Assembly (NCBI GenBank): GCA_012295275.1
Contig: CM022674.1
Location: forward strand, 1,736,001-1,800,000
Source of the DNA: Chrysomallon squamiferum
Taxonomy: Eukaryota; Animalia; Mollusca
Direction: 5' to 3'
Length of the DNA: 64,000 nt
Positions 33,311 through 47,950 of this stretch are shown piece after piece. The position numbers and the translations under genes are program-made. The notes below the pieces were generated by a model. The model was not told where the DNA came from. It worked only from the letters and a program-made list of their open reading frames with translations, and ran no database searches. Every line of letters begins with the position of its first letter. Within the stretch, counting starts at the first letter, position 1.

Positions 33311-33818
33311 GATGTAATATATATAAAATGATATCAAACAGACGTTTATAATTAACGTTAAGGTATTTTAGTTCTGGGCTATTTCATAATTAAATAAGAA
33401 ACCAACAAATATTTTCCACGTTTCAGAAACACAACCAAACGAAGCGACAACGAAGATTATTGCACAAAGAATCTCGGTAAGAAGAAACCAAGTCAATTAC
33501 GTGAATAATTTATGCACGTCAGAGTAGTCTCCCCTGATGGAACTAGCTAGAAAACAAAGCGAGGGTTTTAATTATGAGTGACATGGCAACCTGCAATCAA
33601 TATTTCAGCTCCCTGTGGAGAGAGATTTACGTTGATGGACGAAGCATTTGTGACGTCAGCGAAATTCCAGAACGAGACGCCATTTGCTGAGTCAGAAGTA
33701 AAATTTAAAATAGAGAAAACGAAAAAAAGAAAAAGTCAGTCGCAACAGAAAGAGAAATATTAATAGAAATAATAAGAAAATATTGGTTGATTAATATTAG
33801 TGTTTTAAAAGAATGATA

Positions 33819-33884
<66 letters not shown>

Positions 33885-33981
33885 TAGAACAATAATGATA
33901 ACGTAGTCAACAAGTGGAAAATATTATTAATAAAACCGTAAGAAAAGCCTTGTTCATGAAATCTGCATGCAACAGTATTAA

Positions 33982-34025
<44 letters not shown>

Positions 34026-34829
34026 GTAATAATAATAATAAGAATAAGAATAAATATTTAAAAATCTCGCACGAATCAACAAGTAAAATGTAACGAAGAT
34101 CCAAGAATCACATTCATACGAATCACGTGATGAATCAAAACTTCTAAAGCCCTTGACCCTGAAGAATCTAAAAAAAAAAATAATAATAATAATAAATTTT
34201 TTTTAAAAATCCTAGGACATGTGCACCGTATCCATTGGAAACCAGAATCAATTTACGAATCAGTGGTGCCTTAGGGCACAAACGTTGATTAAAAAAAAAA
34301 AAAAAAAAACAGTGCCTTAGGCTCCTAACTTCTGTTATCGCAGTTATTGCTTTGTATATATCCACATTGTGTTGATAGTTCAGGTATCCACAGGTCCATG
34401 CTGTTGTCTGTTGTTTTAATGACCACAACATCGTCGGCTGCATCCTTTACGACGTCTTCGACGGCATCCTTTACGACGTCTTCTCTGTTTTTGTTCGTTT
34501 TGTTTTTGTTTTTTTGTTTTTTTGAGCATAGTTTTTTTTTTTTTTTTTTAGAAATCACAACGGAATCAAAGACACCGTTCATCACAATATAAAAAAAAAA
34601 TAATAATAATAATAAATAAATAAAAAATTTAAAAAATAAAAAAAAAACGTTTCTCGGTTCACTAAAATCACAAAACAAGAATGCACTGACGTTGTCCGCA
34701 GCCAAGATCACGCGCACGCACGCACGCACACGCACGCACGCACACGCACTGACTAACACGTTTTTTTTTCTTAATAAAGCAACGACACAAAAGAATTCGC
34801 CGCGTACCACTACGTCATCGTTGACGTCG

Positions 34830-35068
34830 TCAGACTTGACGTAGTTCTGTTCTGTCCGAGCCTTTTCCTTTCCAACACCAACGGAAGCAGCGCGTGCGCG
34901 CGGACTCACGGACAAGCTCGTCCAACGTCATGCACACCGCCGAGGCGAGGAAGAAGAAGGCCCCGCCCCAGCCCAGCCCGTACCCGATGCCGTACCGGTG
35001 GGAGCGGATCTGGTTGTCCAGCTCGACAGCGATTGGGAAAATGATCAAGGCAATGCCCGTACTCAAGG
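34830..35068 (-). CDS. TMEM47-like gene, shared last coding exon: TM3, ECL2, TM4, C-tail
   Basis: Acceptor gttttgtttcag|CC. Encodes (A)LSTGIALIIFPIAVELDNQIRSHRYGIGYGLGWGGAFFFLASAVCMTLDELVRES...ELRQV*, with TGA at 34830-34832. YGIGYGLGWGG matches the family TM4 motif (TMEM47 FNWGYGLAWGA, from recall). GC-rich against an AT-rich background. Confidence 0.92.
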
Positions 35069-35764
35069 CTGAAACAAAACAAAATGAAATAAATAAATAA
35101 ATTAATTAATTACTAGATAAATAAGTAAATAAATAATTGAATGAATAAATAAATGAATAAATAAATAAACAAACAAATAAATAAATGAAGAAATAAATAA
35201 ATAAATGAATAAATAAATAAATAAATGACCAAACAAATAAATAAATAAATAAACAAACAAACAAATCAATAAATAAATAAATAAAGTAAATAAATAAATC
35301 AACATACAAATAAATGAACAAACAAATAAATAAATAAATAAATAAATAAATAAGATCTATATAATTATAAATCAGTCCATAAAATAAAATTTAGAATAAC
35401 CTTCTTTTTTTAAAATTTAATATTAATGATAATAATGCTAATAATGTCATGATGGTAATTATGATGACGGTGATAATGCTGAAGATGAAGATGATGATGA
35501 AAATCATTTGTTGACGTAGTAACAATAATATACACTATAAGGAATACTAGTACTAGCTGTCATAGTAGTAATCATCGTTGTTCTTATCGTTGCTGTAGAA
35601 GTAACAGCAGCAGTAATAAAAATATTTAAAATATACGCAGTAGTAGTAATAGTAGTAAGAAAAATGTTGATAATAATGATGATGATGATGATGATAGATG
35701 ATGATGATGATGATGATGATAATAGTGATGATGATGATGATGATGATGATGAAGATGACAGTAC

Positions 35765-35914
35765 CACAAACGAGGAATATTTCGCCGGCCGAATGGAAGT
35801 AGTATATTTTTCTCGGCAGTGGACTGGTACAAACCCCGCAGATTGACAAAGTGGAGGCCACGAACCCAAACGTAGCAGCGAAGAGAAGCAGTCCAATCAC
35901 AGCGTTCTGCCAGT
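35765..35914 (-). CDS. TMEM47-like gene, shared exon 3: TM2, intracellular loop, start of TM3
   Basis: Acceptor ttcctgtctttcag|AC and donor G|gtactg. 150 nt, phase 1 to phase 1. Encodes WQNAVIGLLLFAATFGFVASTLSICGVCTSPLPRKIYYFHSAGEIFLVC, similar to TMEM47 'DWQIATLALLL' (from recall). Confidence 0.9.
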
Positions 35915-36778
35915 CTGAAAGACAGGAACAGAAGAATGAACGAATGAATGAATGAATGAACGAATGAATGAATCGATTAGTAAGTTACGAATAAATAAAA
36001 AAAAAGTGAAAGTAATTATCACCGAAAGAAACGATAAATATTTAAGAGATGAAAAAAAAAAAAAAAAAAAAAAAAAAAATAGTAGAAGATAGACGGTTGG
36101 AATGGAATGGAATAAATGAATAAATAAATGAAAAAATGAATGAATGAAAGACCAGGTATGTGAATGAAAGCAATAATAAAAGAATGAACGAATGAGAGAG
36201 CAAGAAAGAAGAAAGATAAGAACATTTAGAAGAAAAACAAATTGATCAAGTAGAGTCTTATGGGTTATAAATAAGTGTAATATACGACACAAATATATAC
36301 ATGTAGAAATGGATATGTAAGAAAAAAAAAATAACAACGTTGTAATCTAAAATATCAAACGTCAAGAATAACACTAGAAAATAAAAAAATTTGTTAACGA
36401 ACAGCTACAAACAAAACAAATATTTATACTATCAAATAATCGAATTAAATCTAGGGCCACAAAAAAAAACACGTACAACATTACACTGTTAATATAAAAC
36501 ACACAGTAGCTAGACAAAACAAGAACTAAAGAGAAGAAAGATTAACATGGAAATACTAAAACAAGTTTTGTGATATTACACTATCTGCCAGACGTGTTAT
36601 AAATCAATTAAATAGTTTTTGTTTGTGTCTTCACTGGGATGTAACTGCCACACCTGTAACCCTGCAAAGTGATGATGACGAAGATGATGATGATGATGAT
36701 TATGATAACAGTAGTAGCAGCAAAAGTAGCAGTAGTTGTTGCAGCAGTAACAGCAGTAGTAGTAATAACGGTAGTAGC

Positions 36779-36839
<61 letters not shown>

Positions 36840-36868
36840 AAAGTAATAATAATACAATAATAATAATG

Positions 36869-36949
<81 letters not shown>

Positions 36950-37264
36950 ATACGTGGGTACTAAGCAATTCGCAACAAAGTTAAACAAAAGGCCTTAGTA
37001 TATTTTATCGAAATCTTAATTTAGCAGTATGTGTAAAAAAAAAAAGCATTTCAGTAGATCATATAACCACATAATTATCCAATCAGAGAAGATAACAGAA
37101 ACTGATTTTTGTCATTACTTCATTAACAGCCAGTCAGTGAACTCGTTACATTTCTACAGCTCGTTAATTAACCAGACAAATCACTGCCATTTTTTTACTG
37201 ATATCAAAATTAAATGAAATAGCTTGAATGATTATCTACGTTATTACTGCTACCACAACTATGA

Positions 37265-37295
<31 letters not shown>

Positions 37296-37861
37296 ACTAC
37301 TACAACTGCTATTGTCATAGTATTATCATCTTCATCATCATATCATCATCATCATCATCATTATTATTATTAATTTATTATCGTCTACAATTTGTACAAT
37401 ACACTATTTTTTCGCTTTTCGTAACTAAAAATTCTCTGATGAGGAATAACACATTCACAAATCGTGTAGTGTGACAGCGCCTTTTTTGTCCTACAGCTGT
37501 TGTCTCCAGTGAAGGAAGATAATTATGATAAACGTAATGGGTTTTACATACAAGTCAACAGTCTGAAACAACCAGAGGTCAAAAAACTGCAGCAGAGTTC
37601 AGCAAAATGAAACAAAGTGATTGTAGTCGTTTTTTTGTTGTTATCATTATTATTATTATATAGATTTTTTTTTTATAGTCATTATTATTATTATTGTTGT
37701 TGTTGATGATGATGTTATTGTGTTAAAGTGAAACTTATTAAAAACAAAATTTTATACATGTATCAGGTACATAAGCTGGAAATATGTGTGTATGTGTGTG
37801 CGTCTGCTTTTCTTTATTTAGTTTTTGGTAATGATGAATGCATAATTACTTGCCCCCCCCC

Positions 37862-37974
37862 GTCTCTCTCTCTCTCTCTCTCTCTCTGTATCTCTCTTTC
37901 TCTCTGTCTCTCTCTCTCTCTGTCTCTCTCTCTCTATCTCTCTTTCCCTCTCTCTCTCACTCTCTATCTCCCTC

Positions 37975-38021
<47 letters not shown>

Positions 38022-38070
38022 ATCTATCTCTCTCTCTCTATCTCTCTTTCTCTCTATATATATCTCTCTT

Positions 38071-38125
<55 letters not shown>

Positions 38126-38126
38126 T

Positions 38127-38210
<84 letters not shown>
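37862..38210. repeat. Interrupted (CT)n microsatellite
   Basis: Direct inspection. Confidence 0.95.
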
Positions 38211-38214
<4 letters not shown>

Positions 38215-38464
38215 AATGCTTGTATGCTTGATTAAACATTTTAATATTTATTTTTCATGAAACAAAAAACAGAGTAAAAAACAACAATACTAATCTGAAA
38301 ACATCACATTAAGAAACATCGCATCTAAAAATCTACAATCTTTAACACATAACAACAATACTACACACCATGCACAACAACAACAACAATAATAAAGACA
38401 TTTAGCCACAACAACAGCAAAAGAAGAAGAAGAAGAAGAAGAAGAAAACGACACTCAGGCATAC

Positions 38465-38548
38465 GTGGCTTTTTGTCAGGACACAGCGTCACTGCTGTGG
38501 GATCAGACAGATTTTGGTAGCAGCTTGCCCAGATTCCAGCGCTGAAGC
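38465..38548 (-). CDS. TMEM47-like gene, exon 2B: first extracellular loop variant B
   Basis: Acceptor tttctttcattcgcag|GC and donor C|gtatgc. 84 nt, phase 1 to phase 1. Encodes (G)FSAGIWASCYQNLSDPTAVTLCPDKKP with a G-I-W-x-x-C-x12-C signature. Confidence 0.86.
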
Positions 38549-38578
38549 CTGCGAATGAAAGAAACAAAAGTTCATAGC

Positions 38579-38666
38579 ATTAGGGATTAGGGATTAGGGA
38601 TTGGGGATTGGGGATTGGGGATTGGTCCTGGGAATGGGAATGGGACTGGGACTAGGGGAAAAGGGG
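38579..38666 (+). repeat. G-rich (TTAGGGA)3(TTGGGGA)3-type heptamer repeat
   Basis: ttagggattagggattagggattggggattggggattgggg...ggg runs next to the exon 2B acceptor. Confidence 0.85.
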
Positions 38667-39786
38667 AAAATGATTCACATACGTCAAGTATAAAATACAC
38701 ATAATTGTTTTTTTTTTTTTTTTTTTTCGGATGTAACAGGAGATTGCATAGCAACAAGAAATGTCGTAGAAAAAAAAGAAAAATAAGAAGATGTTGGTGT
38801 ATTTCGGTTGTAATACTCGATTAATTTGGTGGCGTAAAAGAACCAAACGAAGTGAAATCGCACTCATTTGTACAACAGAAATGCTTCCAAAATCAAAAAG
38901 AACTCGATGCAACTTCAACAAGAAAAAAAATATATATATATATATGCCATCATATATACTTTGCATCCAAAGTACCTTACAGTTTTTAGATATTTACGAC
39001 AAACATGTAATTAGGATGTATACTTGAACAAACAGACAAACATAAACCTTCTTTAGTAATGTTGATTATTACATTTTATAATAATTTATTTTCTAATTCT
39101 CCGCACATTTCTGCAAATATTTGTTTCTATCACTAAACATTCGGTTTTTGTTAAATACAGTTTGTTACCAGTAATGCCCACATGATCACTTTAAACTTCC
39201 ATTATGTAAAAAACTATTAAAACATTTCTATATGTTCTAGAAACAATAAACTAAACAAAAATAAAATGAAACATAATGATAATGGTCCCTTTCACATTCT
39301 CGAAAATAACAAACTAATAAAAACAATCGACAATTTTTTCCCTACAGTAACATATACAACGATGTTACGCTATATCTATGACATATCTCTGACGTCATAA
39401 AGAGCGTTACCATGGCAACAAAGCCTGTAATAATGAACTGTATCCATTTATGCCACTTATACATTGGCTACAGAACAGGATTTTATTCCGCTATTGAAAC
39501 GTCTGATAAATTGCATCATTAACGAATATTCATAAAACTCGTCGTATATATTCTGTGTGGACCAGAGGTTTAAATCCAGCCTCATGAAAACAGATTACTG
39601 ATATATCTAAAGTAATAGATTCAAACTGTTCACCACACAGGTGAAATGGTTAAATAGAGAGAAATGCTTTTGTAACCAAAGTTTAGCTAATGCCAGAACA
39701 GATTTGTTAAAAGATAAAAGATAAAGATGTAGGTGCTTTGTATTATCCGGCCGTAGTAATAGTAATAATAATGATAATAATGATAC

Positions 39787-39819
<33 letters not shown>

Positions 39820-39822
39820 TTG

Positions 39823-39868
<46 letters not shown>

Positions 39869-40622
39869 TAAATAATTATGTTGATGATAACAGTATAATA
39901 ATAATAATAAATAATAAATAATAATAACAATAACAATAATAATAAAATAAAATAATAATAATAATGATGAAATAACAACATAATAATAAATAATAATAAT
40001 AATATAATAATAATAAATAATAAAATAATAATAAAATAATAAATATAATAAATAATAATAATAACAGAAATAACAACATAGTAATAACAATAGCAATAAC
40101 AATATAAAAAAAAAATAATAATAATAATAATAACCATAATCATAATAACGGATGAAGAACTGACAAGATAAATAAATAAACATAAAAAAATCAAAAAAAT
40201 ATTTTTAATTTCGACTGTATCGCGAAGTAGGACGAAATCAGACACAACTGACATTCTGGTCCAGTCTACGTCTAGCAACGGCAGATAACGATGTTTTGAA
40301 AACCTTCGCCGATGTCCTAAACCTTTTTCATGTCTCCGCCACAGCAACAGAGCGATCGATACCCTGAACACAACACAATATTTCAGCAATATGCTATCGA
40401 TCGACAGACAACTCAACGCAACGCATTCTGGCCGTCTCCATTTATTATAATAATTAATTCATCAACAGCGAGATTTTTCATAATCATTATATCAGAAGGG
40501 AAGGCGCAGAAGGAAAAAAAATTAAAAAAAAAATAATAATAATAAAGAAGAAGAAGAGAAAAATGAAAAATTAAATGTTAATGAAAAGTAAATGTTCAAT
40601 TTACGTGCAGACGACAACTCAC

Positions 40623-40809
40623 CTTTCCCCGCCAACCAATGCGAGCTGAAAATGGCAGTGAGAATGAAAGCCATGGCAGAAATGGTGGCGAAGACTCCGA
40701 ACAGGCGAAACGGTCGCCATAATTTCGCTTCTCTTAGGTAATAGTCTTCTCCGAACTTGCGAAGGTCGGAGCTGTTCTGTCCGGTTTTGAATTTGAGGAA
40801 ATTCTTCAT
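40623..40809 (-). CDS. TMEM47-like gene, coding exon 1B: short N-terminus + TM1
   Basis: ATG at 40809 (AAAATGA context) with an in-frame TGA at 40831-40833 upstream. Encodes MKNFLKFK...LWRPFRLFGVFATISAMAFILTAIFSSHWLAGK G|gtgagt. 187 nt, phase 1. Resembles the TMEM47 TM1 region (recalled as LTPLKLVGLVC...LSPAW). Confidence 0.87.
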
Positions 40810-41070
40810 TTTCGAAACAGACTGACGCCGTCAACGCATAACATGTTCCTGTCCTAAACAAAAAAAACCTCGCTGGGAAACAGTCTGTAAGCAGACGTCA
40901 GATCAGTAATTCGTTCCCGCCAAACATTTGTCTCTTTCTGTCCTTTTTTTTTTTTTTTTTTTTTTACACAGACGACATCTTGCACGCGACGGTAACGACC
41001 ATAGATCAACGATTCAGTTTACTGGTCAGCAACGACAATCGAAAATCATTTCTAGTATCGATATTAACAT

Positions 41071-41109
<39 letters not shown>

Positions 41110-41947
41110 AACCACAGCGTCCCCTGACGGCGAGGTATTGTAGATTTATATGACACGGCGGTCGAGCTCTGTGCACGAAAGCCGGTTGCTTCAGCTACGG
41201 CGTAAGGAATTGATTTGTACGGTAATCTCGAATTCCTACTGGCGATCTATTTTTAGCTCAAAGACTTGTTGCTACAGATTGGGGAGAGATGCGGCCAGAT
41301 ACAGAAATACAGAGATCCTTGATAAACATGGACGGGATAATAAAAATAATAAAAAAACGAAGGAAAATTGATCAGGAACCAACCGTTCGTGTGTCATGAA
41401 GTCGGGATTAAAAAGGACAATAACGGACAGTGAGAAAAGGATAGACAGGGGTGGGGTAGGGTGGGATTGGGATGGGGTTTGTGTCGGTTGAGTGGTTGAA
41501 GGGCCGATGAATGAGAAACAGAAAAGAAAAGAAGAGACACGGTAACTCAATTCTGAAATCGTATTGATCGGTTTCGAGGTCGGTCTCGGAAACATGTTCC
41601 GTGAAGATCAATTCCAGCTGAAGGGAAAGATAATGACTTTGTGATCAGATGATGAAATTCTGTATTCCCCAGTCGAAGAATGTGGACAGATTTTTATCTT
41701 TCTGTTTAACCCTTTGCACTGAGTATCAAGCCTCTAGTGCCGTCGACTTCAGATGTTTCCACACAAAAAAAAAAAAAAATCTTTCTTTACCAGGGGAGTA
41801 TGTAGTCAACTGGTGATTTACGAATATAAAATTGAGATATGAAGACCTGAGCGTTTCGCCAGCATAATTATACACGTATTGAACACGTATATAAGGAACA
41901 TTATTATTTTGGTAAAATTATGACTGTATGAATGAGAACGTTTAGAA

Positions 41948-42124
<177 letters not shown>

Positions 42125-42496
42125 ATGGTAAGACTAAAAAAAAAGACGCACAAAAAAAAAGGGAGTTTGGAATAAAGAGACACAACATCGACGTTAATAC
42201 TGACTAAGCAGCAACATCAATGACTACAACGACGATATGAGGTAGACGACCAGGCATCGGCATCAACGACAACACAGGCAAGACAACAGTAAGAAAACAA
42301 AACGATGTCGATGTACAAGGTCTTCTCTCCTTGTTACAAAGTTGTCTACATTTTTGTTTTTCGGAAAAAACTCTGTATACAGTTTCAAATCTTGTCCTTA
42401 ATGTTTTCTATATAATAACAATATAACTAATAAAATGTGAAGTGTAATAACAATAATAATAATAATAATAATTATTATAATAATAAAAATAATAAC

Positions 42497-42531
<35 letters not shown>

Positions 42532-43457
42532 CAATAATAATAACAATAATAATGATAATGACAATAACTAATAAATAATAATAACAGTAATAATAATAAT
42601 AATAATAATAATTAAACTTGACAAACAAAATACAATAAAAACAAATTAAATTAAATAGTAAGAAAATTAAAATTAAATTGGTACAAATAAAATAAAACAA
42701 AGTGAATTAATGTTTATGTACATTTCCTGCACGTAAATTTCATATATCGGCACATGTATTTTGAACACACACTCACACACACACACACACAAGGACTACT
42801 ACTAGTCATGTCACGATATGTTCCCATTTTACAAATTCCGAATCCTTGCGAGTTTTATTAACAGTTTACATCAAAAATTCAAACACTGAATAAAATTAAT
42901 GATAACATTTGTTTCAGAATGTCTTTCCAAGATTTATTATTATTATTATTATTATTAAGGTTATTATTATGGTTGTTCTTGTTGTTGTTGTTGTTGCTCC
43001 TTCTGCTGTTGTTATTTATTTATTTATTTATTTTATCTTATTATATTATATTTTATTTTATTTATATATTTTTTTTTCTGTTACAAATACTTAATTAGGG
43101 CTTATTATTTTATTTTCATCACAGTAGCAAATATTAAATATTAAATATTTTGTTATGTATTATTACGTTGCTAAGAAGGTAAACCTAATTTCGACACTGC
43201 AGTTAAGATCGCAACTTCTATTATTTAGTTAAATACAATTACACTACGAACCACAACTCTTGGAGTGTTGTTATGATATAAAATAAACAGGGTTACTTCC
43301 CTTGCCATTGCTTTTAGAAGCTAAGAAACAAAACATTAATTTAAAAGTATACCCAACCTAGTTAGACTGTTTGTATAGATACACTTTAAAAAGGATAAAA
43401 CACAAAAGAAACTAGAAAAGCAGAAAAGAAAAGAAGAACAAAAATTAATTAACTTAC

Positions 43458-43559
43458 TTTGACCAGTGGAAGACTTGCATTCGTAAGTGTTATCTGTGGA
43501 GTTAGTGAACCGGAAACAGGAAGTCCACAGTCCTTCGTAGATCGTAAAATTTGACAGAC
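43458..43559 (-). CDS. TMEM47-like gene, exon 2A: first extracellular loop variant A
   Basis: Acceptor ttttttttcag|GT and donor A|gtaagt. 102 nt, phase 1 to phase 1. Encodes (G)LSNFTIYEGLWTSCFRFTNSTDNTYECKSSTGQ, which contains the claudin-superfamily G-L-W-x-x-C...C signature. Confidence 0.88.
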
Positions 43560-44115
43560 CTGAAAAAAAAAATAATAATAACAATAATAATAATATTAAT
43601 ATTAACGAATGATAGTAAATGCTAGTAGTAGTATATTTCGTAGTACAGTAGTAATAGTAGTAAGGCAGTAGTAGTAGCAGTAGCAGTAGTTGTAGTTGTA
43701 GAGTAGTAGTACAGTAATGGGACTAATTGTAGTAGTAGTAGCAGTAGCAGTATTAGTAGTAGTAGTTGTACTGTTGTCGTAGTAATAGTTGTAGTGATAG
43801 TAATGGTAGTAGTAGTAATAGTAATAGAAGTAGTAGTCATAATGGTTATAGGACTAATTGTAGTAGTAGTAGCAGTAGTAGTAGTAAGTAGCAGTAGTAG
43901 TAGAGACATGTATGTACGTGAGTGTGTGTGTGTGTGTCTCTGTCACAAGCAGATAGAAATATTTATAAAATTAACAGTTAAGTAAAACAAAACATTCTGC
44001 TATGACCCTGAAATCAATATGGATTATGATTAAACAGAAAACAAAACCTTGAATATGAAATAATATAAATAAATAATGACGCGAAGAAAACGCTGTATTT
44101 GTGTGTTTATGTATA

Positions 44116-44214
44116 CAACTTATACCAAAATATGTGATTGACGTCAAATGTGATAAAAAAAAAATTATAAAAAATTATATATATATATATAATTTTTTGT
44201 AATTTTTTTATCAC

Positions 44215-44260
<46 letters not shown>

Positions 44261-44312
44261 TTATAAATTTTTTATCACATTTGACGTCAATCACATATTT
44301 TGGTGTAAGTTG
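44116..44312. repeat. Long near-perfect inverted repeat (foldback) around (TA)n
   Basis: caacttataccaaaatatgtgattgacgtcaaatgtgataaaaa... (from 44116) is the reverse complement of ...tttttatcacatttgacgtcaatcacatattttggtgtaagttg (to 44312), with one substitution in the outer arm. Confidence 0.9.
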
Positions 44313-44443
44313 AGGTAACATGTGTTTTATTTTTGTAAGTTTATCGATTCGTTTGAGCTGTGCTATGGTTTACTGCTACTGAAAATACACAATAAACATA
44401 AGTTACATATCGATCTTTCAGATCTAATCTCTCTCTCTCTCTC

Positions 44444-44581
<138 letters not shown>

Positions 44582-45517
44582 TCTCTCGCTGTCTCTCTCC
44601 CTCTCTCGCTGTCTCTCTCTCTCCCTCTCTCGCTGTCTCTCTGTCTTTCTCTCTCGCTGTCTCTCTCTCTGTCTCTCTGTATATGTTTGTTCTCTTCATA
44701 TCTTTATATATCTGTGTATCTTTTATACTTTTTTTGTTTATATATAAATACCAATATAAGTTTCTCGTTTTATCTATTTAGCTCTTTCCATCGCCTTATC
44801 TTTAATAATAACAGCAGCAGTTTCAGCAACAGCTGTAGCAAATAATAATAATAATAATAGCAACAACAACAACAACACTAATAATAATAAGAAGAAGAAG
44901 AAGAAGAAGTTTATGATGATAATGATGACCAGACAAACAAGAAGAAATGAAAATATGTAAACATAATAAACAAAGAAAACATACAAACAAACAATTTACA
45001 AAAATAAAGCAAAGGCCTCATAAAGGTCTGTTTAATTTACTGCAAAAATACAAGAAGAAATCTCTTCTTATTAATCTGTGACCTGGCCAGGTGTAAAACA
45101 ACAAAAACAAACAAAGGTGTACACAGGTACAATGATGTCAGTAGCTCTATCAAGGTGTAAAATTAGGTATATAATCAGACCTGCAATCACGTAAATAATT
45201 AATCAGATTGCGTTCCGGTGTCGCGTACAAATTTTTAATCATAAACATGTTCTTCCTGTTGTCGAATAACGCCAGAAGTTGTTTCTGATTTCTCTTCGTA
45301 CTCAAAGTGGAATCAAACGGTAAATCAAACATCATTAGACGAAGAATTTAAAAAAATAAAAGAAATAAAAGAAGAAAAGAAACAACGACAGCATCAAACA
45401 GACCACTTCTAACAACAGTAACAACAGTTATTATTACCACTACTACTAGTACCACCACTACTACCACTACTACTATTACTACTACTGCTATCACCATTTA
45501 TCCTACTACTACCAGTA

Positions 45518-45578
<61 letters not shown>

Positions 45579-45646
45579 CACTACTTCTACTACTACTACT
45601 ACTACTGTTGTTATTGTTGTTGTTGTTGTTGTTGTTCTACTTCTTC

Positions 45647-45678
<32 letters not shown>

Positions 45679-45755
45679 TACTACTACTATCACTACTACT
45701 ACTACTACTACTACTACTATGATTATTATTATTATTATTATTACTACTACTACTA

Positions 45756-45857
<102 letters not shown>

Positions 45858-46688
45858 AACTGTTTCAATGCTGTATCGAATTAGATAAAATGTAATGGCA
45901 GACAGTTATACAGAGAAATTAACAAAACAGTTTAACATCTCGTCAGCGGAAATTTACGGGCTTCTCCTTGTGAAGTGGGAGAAATTAGTTTAATAAATGA
46001 ACAGTGATTCAACTGTTCTGTAATCACGTTTGCACATTCGTGTTGTACTCAATATTCGGGCCTATAATTAACTTTTATTCGCAATGTAAATAAACAAACT
46101 AATAATAAATATTGCAGACTGTTTGTACGAACCGTATACAAACAACATATAAAGAGAATTTATAATTTAGACTTCGGTCCTATTTTTCTTTTATATCAAA
46201 AATCCGAAAATGCCGAAAAGTGCCGAAAAATGCCGAAACACAACCAGTCCGAAGCATTTCCGACAAAGGTTTCTCAGTCTGTATTACATACAAATAAATT
46301 CATAGTGTCATACAAGATGATTTAACGAGATGGAAAGAGCATATAAAAAGTATTTTTCTTGGAAATTTATTTCACTCCTAGTTCGATATGAACTGAAAAA
46401 TTAAAATGAGTTATTCCTCGCCTAACTGTTTCATTCAGTCTCTTGTTCCTTTTCGTTGTTGCCTTCTCACTGATTCATTCCTATCATTTTATCATTAAAT
46501 ATAACTCACACACTGGCATTTCGGACCGAGGCTATGTAATTATTTGGAAATAATTATCTGATACGCACTACATTATTTCTGTCAGTAGGTTTATTATTTA
46601 TTTGCGGTTTGTTATCGAATGACGAAATAATGTCGAGAGGAATTTCTGTAATTAATGTATCGTGTCAGAGACGTTTAACTATATAAAC

Positions 46689-47950
<1,262 letters not shown>

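Noticed and set aside
34325-34915. 196-aa ORF overlapping the stop codon
   Set aside because: 3'UTR made of low-complexity sequence and a 24-bp duplication, in a different frame.
36597-36662. Possible third loop exon after acceptor-like tttgcag|G
   Set aside because: The phase-1 reading (LQVWQLHPSEDTNKNYLIDL*) hits a stop, and there is no GLW-C-C motif or convincing donor.
38579-38625. Interstitial telomere
   Set aside because: The unit is the 7-mer TTAGGGA/TTGGGGA, not tandem TTAGGG, and there are only a few copies.
41706-41725. TTAACCCTTT piggyBac-like terminus
   Set aside because: No matching inverted end or transposase found, and too short to support.
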